NCBI GenBank assembly: GCA_977862235.1
Contig: OZ374562.1
Span: 1,178,001 to 1,242,000, forward strand
Direction of reading: 5' to 3'
From: Dudresnaya verticillata
Taxonomy: Eukaryota
Length of the DNA: 64,000 bases
The notes under the pieces were generated by a model. The model was not told where the DNA came from and made no database searches. It worked only from the letters and a program-made list of their open reading frames with translations. Each line of letters opens with the position of its first letter. Position 1 is the first letter of the stretch. Shown piece by piece: positions 25,640 to 36,965 of this stretch. The position numbers were made by a program, and so were the translations under genes.

Positions 25640-27068
25640 GTCTTCACAATGCAGACACTTTCGGGGTGCCTTGCGAGGCGTTTGCGATGCAATTGAAGGA
25701 ACTTCACTACTTTACTCATTGGTCGCCGCGAACGTTCCAGATCTGGTGGCTGCGTACCTGCAAGACTTGAGATGTTGTTACTCATTCTGCACCAGCTCCG
25801 ACCTATGTGGTAGAAAAGTCAATCCGGTTTGCGGCGGTGCACTTTTCGCTTCTTGGTGTTCTAGTCCTTCCCCATTCTGCTGCACCTCTTGGTCTATTTA
25901 TTCGAACTCTCTGATCACATCAGCTGGATTCCCATCCCAACCAATCTCGCCGTCAAGCTCTCCGTGCTTTTTCATGTCGAACATCATGTTATGTAAAACA
26001 ATAAAGACTTGTGTGATTAGAACGATCATTGTGTCACTCCACTCATGACTCTCAAGCCGCATGCTAGGAAACCTGCCCTGCACGACTCCGAACAGTCGTT
26101 CTATATCCTTCCGAACAGCCTAATATAACGCCGTGAGGCGTCGCTCCCTCTCATCGGGGGAAACACTAAATAGTTTTGGAAATATGGGCCGGGACGAATG
26201 TATACAGTCTGCGAAAAAGTAGCGGAGCAGGTTGCACGATATACCGTCCACCTAGTAGCCTTAAGCGGAGTCATTACCAGTCTTCCGCTCAGGATTTCAC
26301 TGAACATCGGACTGTTATCAACAACAGTAATACCATTGTTGGTTCCGCACCGTCCACAGAACCAATGCCAACAACAAAGGGAACTATTTCAAACAGCTTC
26401 GCAGCTGATTGTTGCCAGCATACTATTCTTCGGATTGCCGTACTGTCCGTTTAGTGCCTTCGGGCAGTTCTTGAAATGCACATTCATGAAGTCAGCTGCA
26501 CCTATACATCCAGGAAAGCCGCGGTCAGGGTATTATTTCCTTATGTTCACCAGTGCAGCGACTGTGGGCTCACGGTTCAGATATACGCGGCCCAAACGCT
26601 CATATACCGCCATAAGGTTGCGTTTGAAAGCCTTGCGCTGCGATTCGGGACTCAATTGGACCATATCGTCCAACTGTGTACCTGATAGTCTTGTAACGAG
26701 ATTTCGAAGAGTAAGTAGCACTTTCTGGCGGGATTAATGCCCTGGTTTTCCAATGCCATTGAACTGTTGCTTTAGTCAGGAATATCCTCGGTGAGCTCTT
26801 CATGGATGAAGCGATAAAGGCGGAGCGGAATTCTGAAGATTTCTCAAACGTGATGAGCGAGGTAGACCGGCTACTCACTCAGGTAGTCACCGTACCACGT
26901 GCAGGCTCCTCGGTAAATGTTCGTGGTTCCTGTAATTCGCCCCGCATACACCGGTTCTGATATATCCGAAACCGCCGCTGAAGCGGCAGCGGCGACTGCC
27001 TCGGAAACTACAGTGTGATCCCCTGTGTCGTCGTAGATGTCATTCACTATCTGTGGTACGTTGCTCAA
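25640..27068 (-). pseudogene. PIF/Harbinger transposase, decayed
   Basis: GCIGAADFMNVHFKNCP, GTNNGITVVDNSP, DGIYPSWPIF, IERLFGVVQGRF, IVLHNMM. Confidence 0.9.
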
Positions 27069-27240
27069 GGAAAAAAATGGTGGGAGAGAAAAGCGCAGCG
27101 GTGATGCCGATCTGAGCCAGCGGGTGGAAGGGGTTTTCGTGGCGCAGCAGTTGAGATCGCAAGTATTATGGGGCGGGGGGGTAATACTGAAATTGATTGG
27201 GACTCGGCCTTGGGTGTGAAGTAGGGAGAGCGAGAATTAT

Positions 27241-27568
27241 GTTATGTGTCCCAAGGTGGTTTACACGAGTGAAAAGATCAGGATAAGGATAGCGAGCCGG
27301 GCCGAACGTTCTGCACTCTACACCACTGTGGAGATCCCGATGCGGCACAAATTCCGGATGACGCAAATGCGTCGAAGAATTCAACACTGACTACCGTTTT
27401 AGGAGCACCACGTCTGTGGTAGTTTATGGTAACTCTTCGACGACTCTGTTTCGGTTCTACACACTGCTACTGCATTTCGGACTCCAGATCTGTCTACCGG
27501 CTCTCGGTAGAAGAAGCGCGCAAGGTGCCGCACTCTCCCTCTTGCACCAAGTTCTTTCCTTCGTTCTC
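27241..27568 (+). repeat. Direct repeat A1 of the YR element
   Basis: gttatgtgtccca...ccttcgttctc, about 20 differences from 31290-31617 by eye. Confidence 0.93.
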
Positions 27569-27625
27569 AAAGGCTTTGAGAACAAAGGATTTCCGTCGAA
27601 AAGACTGGCGAACCGCTCAAACCCA

Positions 27626-28228
27626 ATGACTGAAAATGTTCGCACCAACTCGAATGTCCCTCGTCTTCTCGTCGCGGCACCGACGTCGTCCGAAGATTAT
27701 GTTGATCTCGTTAATCATCAGTTGGCTTTTGGTATGGTTGGTCGGAGGTCGCTTTGGACTCGCTCGAGCCTGGTTCTTCCGAATGAACGAGGATTGTTCA
27801 AACCAGAAACTACTCTCTATCTGGAAACATTCCGCAAGGACCGTCGAAATGCCAAGGAGATTGAATATGTGCATTCGGCAGGGTGCTGGGTGGAGCAATG
27901 CATCGCTGCAATTGCTCTATCCAAGAATGAAGCTGATGCCGCGAGACAGGGTCGTTTGCTTGGACTTATCGAAGAAGGACTCGTAGTTGCTCGAGACGTC
28001 CTCGCCATGCGCACGGCTCACTTCCAAACTGTCCTCACCAAAGGACAGTCCCAGGCAAACAACGCTGAGCTCGTCGAGACTCGCGTGGAAGCCAAAAGGC
28101 ATCAGGTCCCGTCGGAGGCCTATGCGGATGTGTACGAAGCGCTGTTGGCCAAGTACGTCTTCGAAACAGCAAAAAGCTTGGCAAGAGATGCTACAGGTGC
28201 TAGTAAGAAGCCAGGCAACAAGGAGTGA
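27626..28228 (+). CDS. ORF1 of the YR element, putative Gag-like protein (200 aa from ATG)
   Basis: Intact ORF directly upstream of RT; its stop overlaps the RT start as TGATG; no motif recognised, so assigned by position. Confidence 0.65.
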   Translation: MTENVRTNSNVPRLLVAAPTSSEDYVDLVNHQLAFGMVGRRSLWTRSSLVLPNERGLFKPETTLYLETFRKDRRNAKEIEYVHSAGCWVEQCIAAIALSKNEADAARQGRLLGLIEEGLVVARDVLAMRTAHFQTVLTKGQSQANNAELVETRVEAKRHQVPSEAYADVYEALLAKYVFETAKSLARDATGASKKPGNKE

Positions 28229-30261
28229 TGTCCAACGGAGGTCCTCCACCGTCTGCCAGCTGGCACCATGCTCCGTGGGCGGGCACAAGGCGGAATGCTC
28301 GGAACTGGGAAAGGGTCGGCGCTTCCGCCTTTATAGTCCGCACGCTTCTCTTCGGCGTGTGGGACCCTCCGCAGCGCCCGTTCAAACAAGGGCGAGAGCT
28401 ACCGCAAATCCCTCAGACAGAAGAAAATTTCGTCTTCGGCAGGGAAGAGCTAGAAGAAGGCTGCCGCATTGGAACATACCAACAGGTACGTGCCAGCCAC
28501 GCACAGCAAAAGATGCGTTCAGGAGCGCTTGTTTCGAGTGCCTTTGTCACTTGGCAAAGTTCAAAACCGCGCTTCATCATCAACTTGAAAGAGCAAAGTT
28601 CCCACTGGGACAAGCGCTCCGTTCACATGGAGACACTATCCTAGTTTGGAGCCATTCTACGCCAAAGAGACAGGTAGCTCTCGTTCGACTGGTCTTCTGG
28701 TTACCGTCATTTTGCACTTCATTCCCGCATGTGGGACTGGTTTCTGTTCAAGTACGATGGACGGTACTACCGCTGTATCGCCCTTCCCTTCGGTTGGACT
28801 TCGTTTCCTTTCTGGTTCGTCAAGCTGTTGGGACCTTTAACCAGATATATGCGCGGAGAGCTATCTATCCGGGTACTGGTTTGGTTGGACGACTGCCTCC
28901 TGGCGCGTGGGGATGGAAGGACACCGCGTACGGCAGAAGAATGTTTAGAGACCTCCAAAATCCTCAATGCACTCTTCCAAACACTGGGGCTAGTTCGCCA
29001 CCTAGACAAGGGTGTATGGGAAATTGGGGCGACAAAGCTCGAGCACTTGGGATTAGTCATCGACACGGTGGCATTCCGATACTTCGTAACACCAGACAAA
29101 CTACAACAGCTCCGGTCAATAGCAGCGAAGCTTCTCAAAACTGGTCAGCAACGCAGCCGGTGGGTGCGAGAGAATCTGCTGTCCAGTTTTTGTGGCCGGG
29201 CAGTCTCACAGCTGGTACTCTCCCTCTAGCTCGGTTCTTTACTCGGAGCCTTTACGACGCTCAGAAAATGGATGCTCCTCGTCGAGGAAGGTATCCCCAG
29301 CGTTGCATCAAACTCTCCCATGGCGCAATGCGAGACCTACAATCCTGGGCAACCATGCTAGCGGGAGACGGAAGGTTAATCGCTGGCGGAGAGCCATCTT
29401 GCTGCCTCCACACAGACGCTGCAGATGTGGGATACGGAGGCACCCTCGGGACGGACATGGAACCGGGGTCCGATGGAGCTTGAAAGTACAAGGAATCTGG
29501 TCACCGTTTTTGAGGCTAAAGTCCATCACCCTGCGGGAACTGACTGCTGTTCGAAAAGCGTTGGAAGATTCCTTGGTTCAAGCTCGCATTTCTGGAAACA
29601 ATTCCCTCCTTCTATTGCACGTCTTCAATATGGGGGTGTTCCAGATTATCCGCAACATGGTTTCTGCCAACCGAGAGCTAATTCAGGAACTTCGTCTTCT
29701 TCACCAGATCCTGGTGGAATTGAAGGTGACAATTCGAGCGAGTTGGCTCCCATCTGCACTGAACAGACACGCAGACATCCTCAGTCGAACGTGGAACCCC
29801 ACGGACGTAGCAGCGACACGTTGCTGGAGGCCGTCGCAACATCGATGCGGTTACAAACCGTCAGGCGCTACTGGCCGTTGGGCGAAGCTCCTTCAGCTCG
29901 ACGCAAGGTCATACTCACCCCATTCGCCGACCATTGGGGCGATGGGCAGAGCCGTCTTTGGAATCCACCTCCGACTTGGATTTGGGCGACGCTGCTCAAG
30001 ATCAAAGAGGAAGGGGCCCATGGAATCATCGTCGTCCCCAACTGGATCGGAGCACCATGGTATGGGATATTGAAACAGCTCTCGAGCAACGAACGAGTCA
30101 TCGAGCGTTCCGAAGGACAACCCCTTTTCACGTCAGACCGAGCCAACGCATCCTGGGGGTTACTACTAGCCGAAGTCGGGAAACCACCAGGCAAGCATTG
30201 CAGTGCCGTATTGCCTCTATCGTCCCTGAAACCGCAGACGGGAGGGCAACAATCCGCTTAG
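28228..30261 (+). pseudogene. DIRS-type RT - RNase H - truncated DNA adenine methyltransferase-like domain
   Basis: KPRFIINLK, SFDWSSGYRH, LPFGWTSFP, VWLDD, HLGLVID (RT); HTDAADVGYGG, SITLRELTAV, NRHADILSR (RH); WNPPPTWI...IIVVPNWIGAPWY (MT); two stops, three frameshifts. Confidence 0.9.
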
Positions 30262-31321
30262 CACAGCACTGTATTTCGGCTTCTACAGATCGTACAAAGA
30301 GCAGACAGTGGAAGAAATTCGTGGTTTACTGTGAGCGAAACAACCGTTGTTCTCTGCCAGCATCGCAAGGAACTATTCTGGCATATATAGGCTATCTATT
30401 CGAAGAAGACCGTATTCATGGGCGGTCTATCGGCCACTATATCTCCGCTATCCGGACGCGCCACCAGCGCGAAAGCATGCAAGACCCGCTCTCAAACAAT
30501 CATCACGTCGACCTTATTCGTGCTTTCCGTTACCAAGATGACCGTTGGGGAAATTTGCAGGACGTTCGAGCAGCCCTTCCTGCTACACTTATGGTCCGCA
30601 TTCGTGTTCTTGGACTTAATACAGAACGAGGCTCCCTTATGGAATATCAAGCGACGATGGTTGAGTTTCAATACTTGCTTACGTGGCGCGAGGGTTCCGT
30701 TCGAACGGTGCAGATACAAGACGTACATATGGAAGAAGGCAATGATTCGTCCGGAACAGGCCGAACCATTACGCTCACAGCTCGCCCACGAACACTAAAA
30801 GGTCGTCTCATACGAAACGTGGGCGGATCAGCACTCACTTGCAGACACAACCCGGCCTCCTTCGCCCATCGAAACCCCCTCGCCCCACAATGGCGATACC
30901 TTCGTGCGCGCCAAGATTTTGGAAGCAGTACTGACCTCTATTGGTCACGTCCAGACATTGATCTTCACCCACAGGTGTTCACGGATGCATTGACAGCTTG
31001 CCTTTCTGCGCTGCAAGTGACGCCTCCGCCTTTTCCAGTTTCTCTTCTCACAGTTTACGAAGCGGAAGTGTGACAGCTATGGTCCTACTCAAAGTTCTGC
31101 TTCCCCGAATTACGACACGGGGAGGCTGGCGTAGTTCAAACATGGTCGTCAACGTTTACTTCGACTCGCGGCTACGTATGTCAACGGAAATGAATCTATA
31201 TTTCTGGTCACTGGTCGACTCTTCGAGTCGTCTGCTCCCGTCCCCTCAGTACGCTCCGCCACGGAACCGTGGCTACGGTTTCGGATTTCGTTATGTGTCC
31301 CAGGGTGTTTTACACGAGTGA
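30190..31321 (+). pseudogene. Tyrosine recombinase, one frameshift near 31030
   Basis: N-terminal QWKKFVVYC...YISAI; catalytic LTWREGS, SHSLRSG (HxxR), GGWRS, VNVY. Confidence 0.9.
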
Positions 31322-31617
31322 AAAGATCAGGATAAGGATAGCGAGCCAGGCCGAACGTTCTGCACTCTACACCACTGTGGAGAGGCCGATGCGGCACAAA
31401 TTCCGGATGACGCAAATGCGTCGAAGAATTCAACGCTGACTACCGTTTTAGGAGCACCACGTCTGTGGCAGTTTATGGTAGCTCTTCGACGACTCTGTTT
31501 CGGTTCTACACACTGCTACTGCATTTCGGACTCCAGCTCTGTCTACCGGCTCTCGGTATAAGAAGCACACAAAGTCCCGCACTCTCCCTCTTGCACCTAG
31601 TTCTTTCCTTCGTTCTC
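31290..31617 (+). repeat. Direct repeat A2 of the YR element
   Basis: Direct repeat of 27241-27568. Confidence 0.93.
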
Positions 31618-32619
31618 CCTCCCTCCCATCCCTACTGTCCTTAAGACTCTTCAATCCTTCCCTTCGTTTTACCTTACATTTACCCTATATTACTACTCTA
31701 GTCCCTACATTCCTACTCTAGTCATTGGGTTTAGATGATTGCCACACTACGTAATAAAGTAATCATTTCCTGTTCGCTTGGATAAAAACGTGGCGCTTGC
31801 CCGAAAGCATCCGAAATATTGGTATTACCTTGGATCTGTACAATAGAGGTGCTCTTTCAGTACAATGGCCCCTGTAGAGATCGGAAATTCTATCTACCTC
31901 AAAAATCGCGTATGTTTGCATAATAGAGAACCGGTAGAGATTTTCTTAATCAGAGAAATGCTGCTAGCTCCGTAAAGGGGCTTAGCAAAGGTCAGGGCCT
32001 AAACGACCGTTGAAAAGCTTACGCCGATTACCAACCACAACAACGTACTGTAGAACTAATAAAGTGAGACGAGTGAGGAGGGATAATATATCAGCAGTAC
32101 GGAATGTCGCCTTCTTCACGGCTAAGAACCTGGGCACACGCTGCGCGCCACGATCGCAACCTGATCCAGTAATACCGTAGATGTCCGTCACCATAGGATG
32201 GAGGTCCATGGTGTTGGGTGCGCCCAAGCGTCGATAATACCGGTGTATTCTTCGCGGAGATGGATTGCATGGTGCTGAACAGAATGACCAGAAATTATAC
32301 AGATTACGCTCATGGAAACATCACAGAAAATTCTTGGTTTCTTCCTTATGCCGCAAAGGTAGAAATGTACAACAAAATTCTGGTCCCATAAAAGCTTACG
32401 CCCCTTTTTGCATTCCGTAAGCATGATTATTAAAGTTCCACTCTTGTACTTCTCGCAAGGGGCGGCGATTCTCCGCCTTGCACGCTGTGTCGCACTTCCC
32501 AAGCTTCCCCTCCTTCCGTTCGCCCAGCATGCCTCGACGCTCTACCTTGGAACGAAACACAAATCGAAATTCCCAACACTCGCGCAGGCGCTCACGCTTT
32601 ATTTTCATGAAACTACATG

Positions 32620-33710
32620 AGCGCTGAGAGCTGGGCGTCTTCGTGAGCCCAGCTTTGCTCTAAAAGTTCCCCACAGTCTATCGCCGCCACAGCCACAACC
32701 TCAACCACTTTATTATTCGGAATTTACTCGTCGCAAAAACGTCCTTCTCCAACGTGTCCAGTGGCATAAGTCACCATGCATGTCTATCCCATTTCAGGTT
32801 TGTCAGGGCCGACTTCGAAAAGCTATCTTATATAATATGCACAAGGCCTTAGTACTATACTACAATGCGCAGCAGGTATTCCTCGTCACCTTTATTTCTA
32901 CTTGTATCCTTCTGGGCCGTCTAGCTACGCTATTCAGATAGAAAACCCGTGAGACCTTTTAGTGCAAGCATTCGTCGCATCTTAGCGAGATCTTCTCGGA
33001 GAGCATCGATGTAATTCTCCACACGTATGAGCATCTAGTAACGGAGAATCTTCATTCTCCTTACATAGAGCATCCGGCGCGGGCCTATTCGAAAAGCAGT
33101 AGAAGGTCGCGTGTCGATGCTAAGCAATTGCATTGGATTTATCGACGGGAACGTAATTAAGATATCAAGGCGAAGCAACTTCGAGTTGCAAACTGTTGTT
33201 TACAACGGGCACAATCGTACACATGCTCTAAAATATCAGGCTGGAGTTCGTCCTGATGGGATTATACTCCACCCTTATGAGCCTGTAGAAGGTCGTCGTC
33301 ACGACTGGACTCTCTATAGTAGGTCAGAGCTTGATGCGCAACTGGAAGATGTAATCGAGGTTAACGGCGTGCAGTACTGCACCTATGGATACGGCGCTTC
33401 TAACCCTCCCATATACATCTCAGTACTGTTTTAAGGAGCTCATTTTCTTCCTGAAGAGACAGGTTTTAACACGCGCATGGCCACAGGGCGCATAACGGTA
33501 GAATGGATCTTCAAGGAGGTGAAGCTTTAACAGCCAACAGTTGAATTTCGCCGCAAGGTGGTCGTTCTACAAGAACCTGTGGGCACTCTCTACTTGAAGG
33601 CCATATTGCTGATGAATAACTGTACATGTTTTCTGCGGTAACCAGGTGTCCACGTACTTCAAGTGCCCTTTGAATTCATTGGAAACGTTTTTGAATTCCA
33701 ATGGATAGAC
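32620..33710 (+). pseudogene. Harbinger (HARBI1-like) transposase, decayed
   Basis: NCIGFIDGN, VYNGHNRTHALKYQ...PDG, EGRRHDWTLY, RITVEWIFKEVK. Confidence 0.88.
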
Positions 33711-34734
33711 TTGGATTAAATGGGTCAAGACCCCGTGGAAAGCGCAAATTAGGTAGGAGAGAAGTGGCGAGGAATGAGCGCCGAGGCGCGAGGGGCTTGA
33801 TCATTTCAGGATTCAGGGGATGCAGCGAAGTGACCGTCGCGAGGAAGCTCTAGCATAAGGCGAAACCTCTGTAGCTCCACGTTAGAGGCCTGCCTCCTCG
33901 CCAATTTTCCACGCTGCTCCCTGTCCATGGCGCGCTCTAGTTTCTCTGCTTCAAACCATGCTTTGTCAATCTCCAACCTCTGGCTGTACAGTTCATGTCG
34001 ACGTGTATCACCCTTCACTAGTGCTTCAGTAAAGGCTGTAGATTCTTCATCTACGACGAAAACATCGGTTTCGGAGGTGTTTTCTGTTTTCATTTGAGAG
34101 GATGGAGGACCATCGGCAGTAATTTCATAGTTTTCCAGATATTTTCCTTCCTTTTTGGCTCCTTCCGGTTTGTTTCGCCATTGCCTGATGAAGGCGCCCA
34201 ACATTTCCTTCTGTGGTGAAGTGAGACGTGACGAATTCCGGACGGCGTGCCGACGACGAGCCAACAGTAACTGATGATCTGGAGCTACGCACTGGTGCCG
34301 CTACCGAAGGTACTGATGCTGACGTGGCGTCACGATGGTGAGCTGGCAGCGTGTACCCGTATCGGTCTTGTGCGCATTGCTGTGGGCCGGTATGCATTGA
34401 TGTATCGCAGTGAAGCACACCAAACGTAACGGGTATCTGTAGTGTCTGTTTATTATTTTTAATGGGTCTGTTTACAGCGTGTACAGTAACGCCGCAGCCA
34501 GTGAGAATACTGCACATGTCCGTGTCGGAGATTGGGACCATCAGGGCCGATTCTACCATGGGGCCAGACCACTACGGTCTGGACCCCAGGGAACGGACCG
34601 CCCGGTCCGCCCTGGCTTTTATATGAGGGCGGCACCGCTCCGGCCCCTAAGGTAAACGGGCAAGCAACCGTTGAGCCTCAATATCACAGTAGCTCTTTCC
34701 ATTAGGGGTTTCCCCGCGCCGAGCCCGTTGCGGT

Positions 34735-36965
34735 TGTAATACAGTGAAGGGCTTACAGAAGTGGGCCCTCTGCCCACGTGTATTCACCGAAATAGCGTTA
34801 CCTATGGGGCGCCAGCAGGGACAAGACTGATAGCCCATGATTGGTCGAAGTGATACCCTGTAGGTCAGAAACTTAGTATCTACCTTTTTAGTTTAGAAAT
34901 TATGGCATAGCTGTAAGACCAGCTGTGCCACGCACGCGCACCCTGGCATCGAGCCGTTGAATGCGCGGCGGGCCGTTATGCCCGCGTGTGCCCTCGGGTA
35001 GCCGTTACCCGTACATGTCGACACGTGTCGGGGCACGCTAGAGCACCTCCCGCTTTGGTGCCGCCGCGTTCTGTGACTAGTGTATTTAATGCCAGTCGCC
35101 AGGTATGGCTAAGTAAACAAGCAGCCGGCCTACACTGACGCTTTCCTGCTTCTATTGGGTTTCTTTCCCGGTTCCTTTTGCCATACGGATTCCCTTCTCC
35201 CTAGCCGTCTCGGCTCTCCCCTTTCCTTTTCTGCCCGTCGGCTTCGTGCCGCCCCACGACAGGGAGGATGGGATCCGGCCGCTGCCACCTGCATAGAGTC
35301 CGTCCCGTGCGCGTTTAGGCTTAGATGCCGTAAATCCGCGACCATCGACGGCTCGCGCTGCCGAAACCACCACTCTACCACATCCACCACAGCCCATCGA
35401 TGGGTATGGGTGCGACCACGGGACCAGCCACCATAGACGTCCAGTCTAACCTGATTTCTATGCCACGCTAAGTAAAGGCAGGAAGCAACCGCCCTGCACT
35501 GTGTAGTACCTCGAAAAGCACCAATGAGTGCGGCGCCAAAACGAGACCCCAAGAAGACCGAAAAGATCTGTCTGAATTCGTAGGAACTGGCCAGAACGTA
35601 GAGCGGACCTGCGCGCCGGTAGCAAGCGTGTTAGAGCGGGAGCGCGCAGACGAAGTCGTGGCCGAAATCTGCGATGAGGACAGAAAATGGCCAAGTCGGG
35701 GGTTCAGTTGCAAACTTTACTCCCAACCTCTGGTGGGACGGCTTCGTGCCTTTTTCGGCTGAGCCGTGGTATGTGGCCAGCTAAGTAGATCCAAAATCGG
35801 CCATCTGAGCTAATCTAGAGCTATTCTACAGTTAGTGGCCGAGGTTACTCCCCGTCGGCCATAATATCTACTTGTGTTCCGGCGTCGGGCCAATATCAGG
35901 CCCTGGCCAGACTAAACCAAGTACTTGTGCATTAGTGGTTGGCCATGCGAGTTAAATTTTCCCTTGATTTTTTTACTTCTTCCCTTTGATTTAGCTTGCG
36001 GCCAAATCCAATTTCCGTTTGTGTCTGGCCGCAAATCGGATCATACGTGTACAGCGGGCCGTGTGCTCTTCGGTGTCGTAGGTGGCCACGTGTGAGCCAC
36101 GTGCATACTCGGTGGACGCGTCTCATACTTGTGCGCACCCACTGCCGTCCGTGCGCCGCCGTCACGGCCCCATTGGCCAAGTGTCTTCGTTTGGTTATGC
36201 CAATCGTTCGCTTGGCCCGTCGAGTTGCTTCCTTTCAGGGGCCCGCTTGCCGTTGTACCACACATTGGTGCTTGACGCATTCTATTTGGGTCCTTTCCCT
36301 GCTTCCTTCGCCCAACGGATTTCATTTTCCCTTCGCCGTCTAGGCTCTTCCCTTCCCCCTTTCCGACCGTCGTCTTCGTGCCGACCCGCGACGGGACGCT
36401 GCGATCCGGTCGATGCAGCTCGCGTACGGTGCGCTTCATGCGCTCTGAGGCTTCTAAACCGTCAGATCCGCGACCGTCGACAACGCGCGCGGCCGACACC
36501 ACCGCTCTACCACAGGTACCACCTACCACCATTCGAAGAGTCTGAGTGCGGCTGATCGACCAGGCCAGCTTGAAGTCAGTTCAACCTGACGTCTATGCCT
36601 CAGAAAATATAGCTTAGTATAGGGGTCGTGTATATAGCCCAGTAGGAGTGGTTCTACCTAGCCCTCGAATTATCATATAAGGATATCTCCCGGAGCGGTC
36701 ACGGTACAGTAAAGAAAGCAACATCCGGCCCGAAATCACGTCTTGAAGCCATCGGCACTGCCGCACCACATAGCCATTACCCGTGCCCGGTTGCCCTCCC
36801 GAACAGTGAAATACCTTCCATATCGTGATTCAATTTTGGTTAAGTGCCTTACTCCATCATATGGGTTCGTCCCGCTCTACGACCGCTATCAGGCACCCAT
36901 TCTGTGGGTATCTCATTGAGGGCACTTCTCGACTACAGAAGAGACCTTAAAGGCACTTTGTGCCA
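34735..36965. mobile_element. LTR-like insertion (~530 bp of own sequence) interrupted at 34901-36602
   Basis: TG...CA ends; perfect TSD GCGGT (34730-34734 / 36966-36970). Confidence 0.8.
34901..36602 (+). mobile_element. Composite of two TGTGGCATAG-family LTR copies (34901-35467 and ~36050-36602) around a ~580-bp spacer
   Basis: Starts tatggcatagctgtaagaccagc; LTR ends ctatgccacg and ctatgcctca; flanks gaaat/gaaaa. Confidence 0.65.

Larger units (their letters stand above)
27237..31763 (+). mobile_element. Tyrosine-recombinase retrotransposon (DIRS order, PAT-like), near complete but decayed; outer boundaries approximate
   Basis: ORF1, RT, RNase H, methyltransferase-like NPP domain and YR in that order; 328-bp direct repeats at 27241-27568 and 31290-31617; no TG...CA ends, no DDE integrase, no protease. 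Confidence 0.92.

Noticed and set aside
27350..27382. Hammerhead ribozyme in the YR repeat (cggatga...gaa)
   Set aside because: The core is CGGAUGA not CUGANGA, GAAA does not follow stem II, and no stems I/III or NUH site were found. It is only a hairpin.
27987..29483. 498-aa ORF as an independent protein
   Set aside because: Only its last ~85 aa (RT/RNase H junction, HTDAAD) are recognisable. The rest overlaps ORF1 and RT in another frame with no motifs.
27241..31617. Ordinary LTR retrotransposon
   Set aside because: The repeats lack TG...CA, PBS, PPT and a 5-bp TSD, and the element encodes a YR instead of a DDE integrase.
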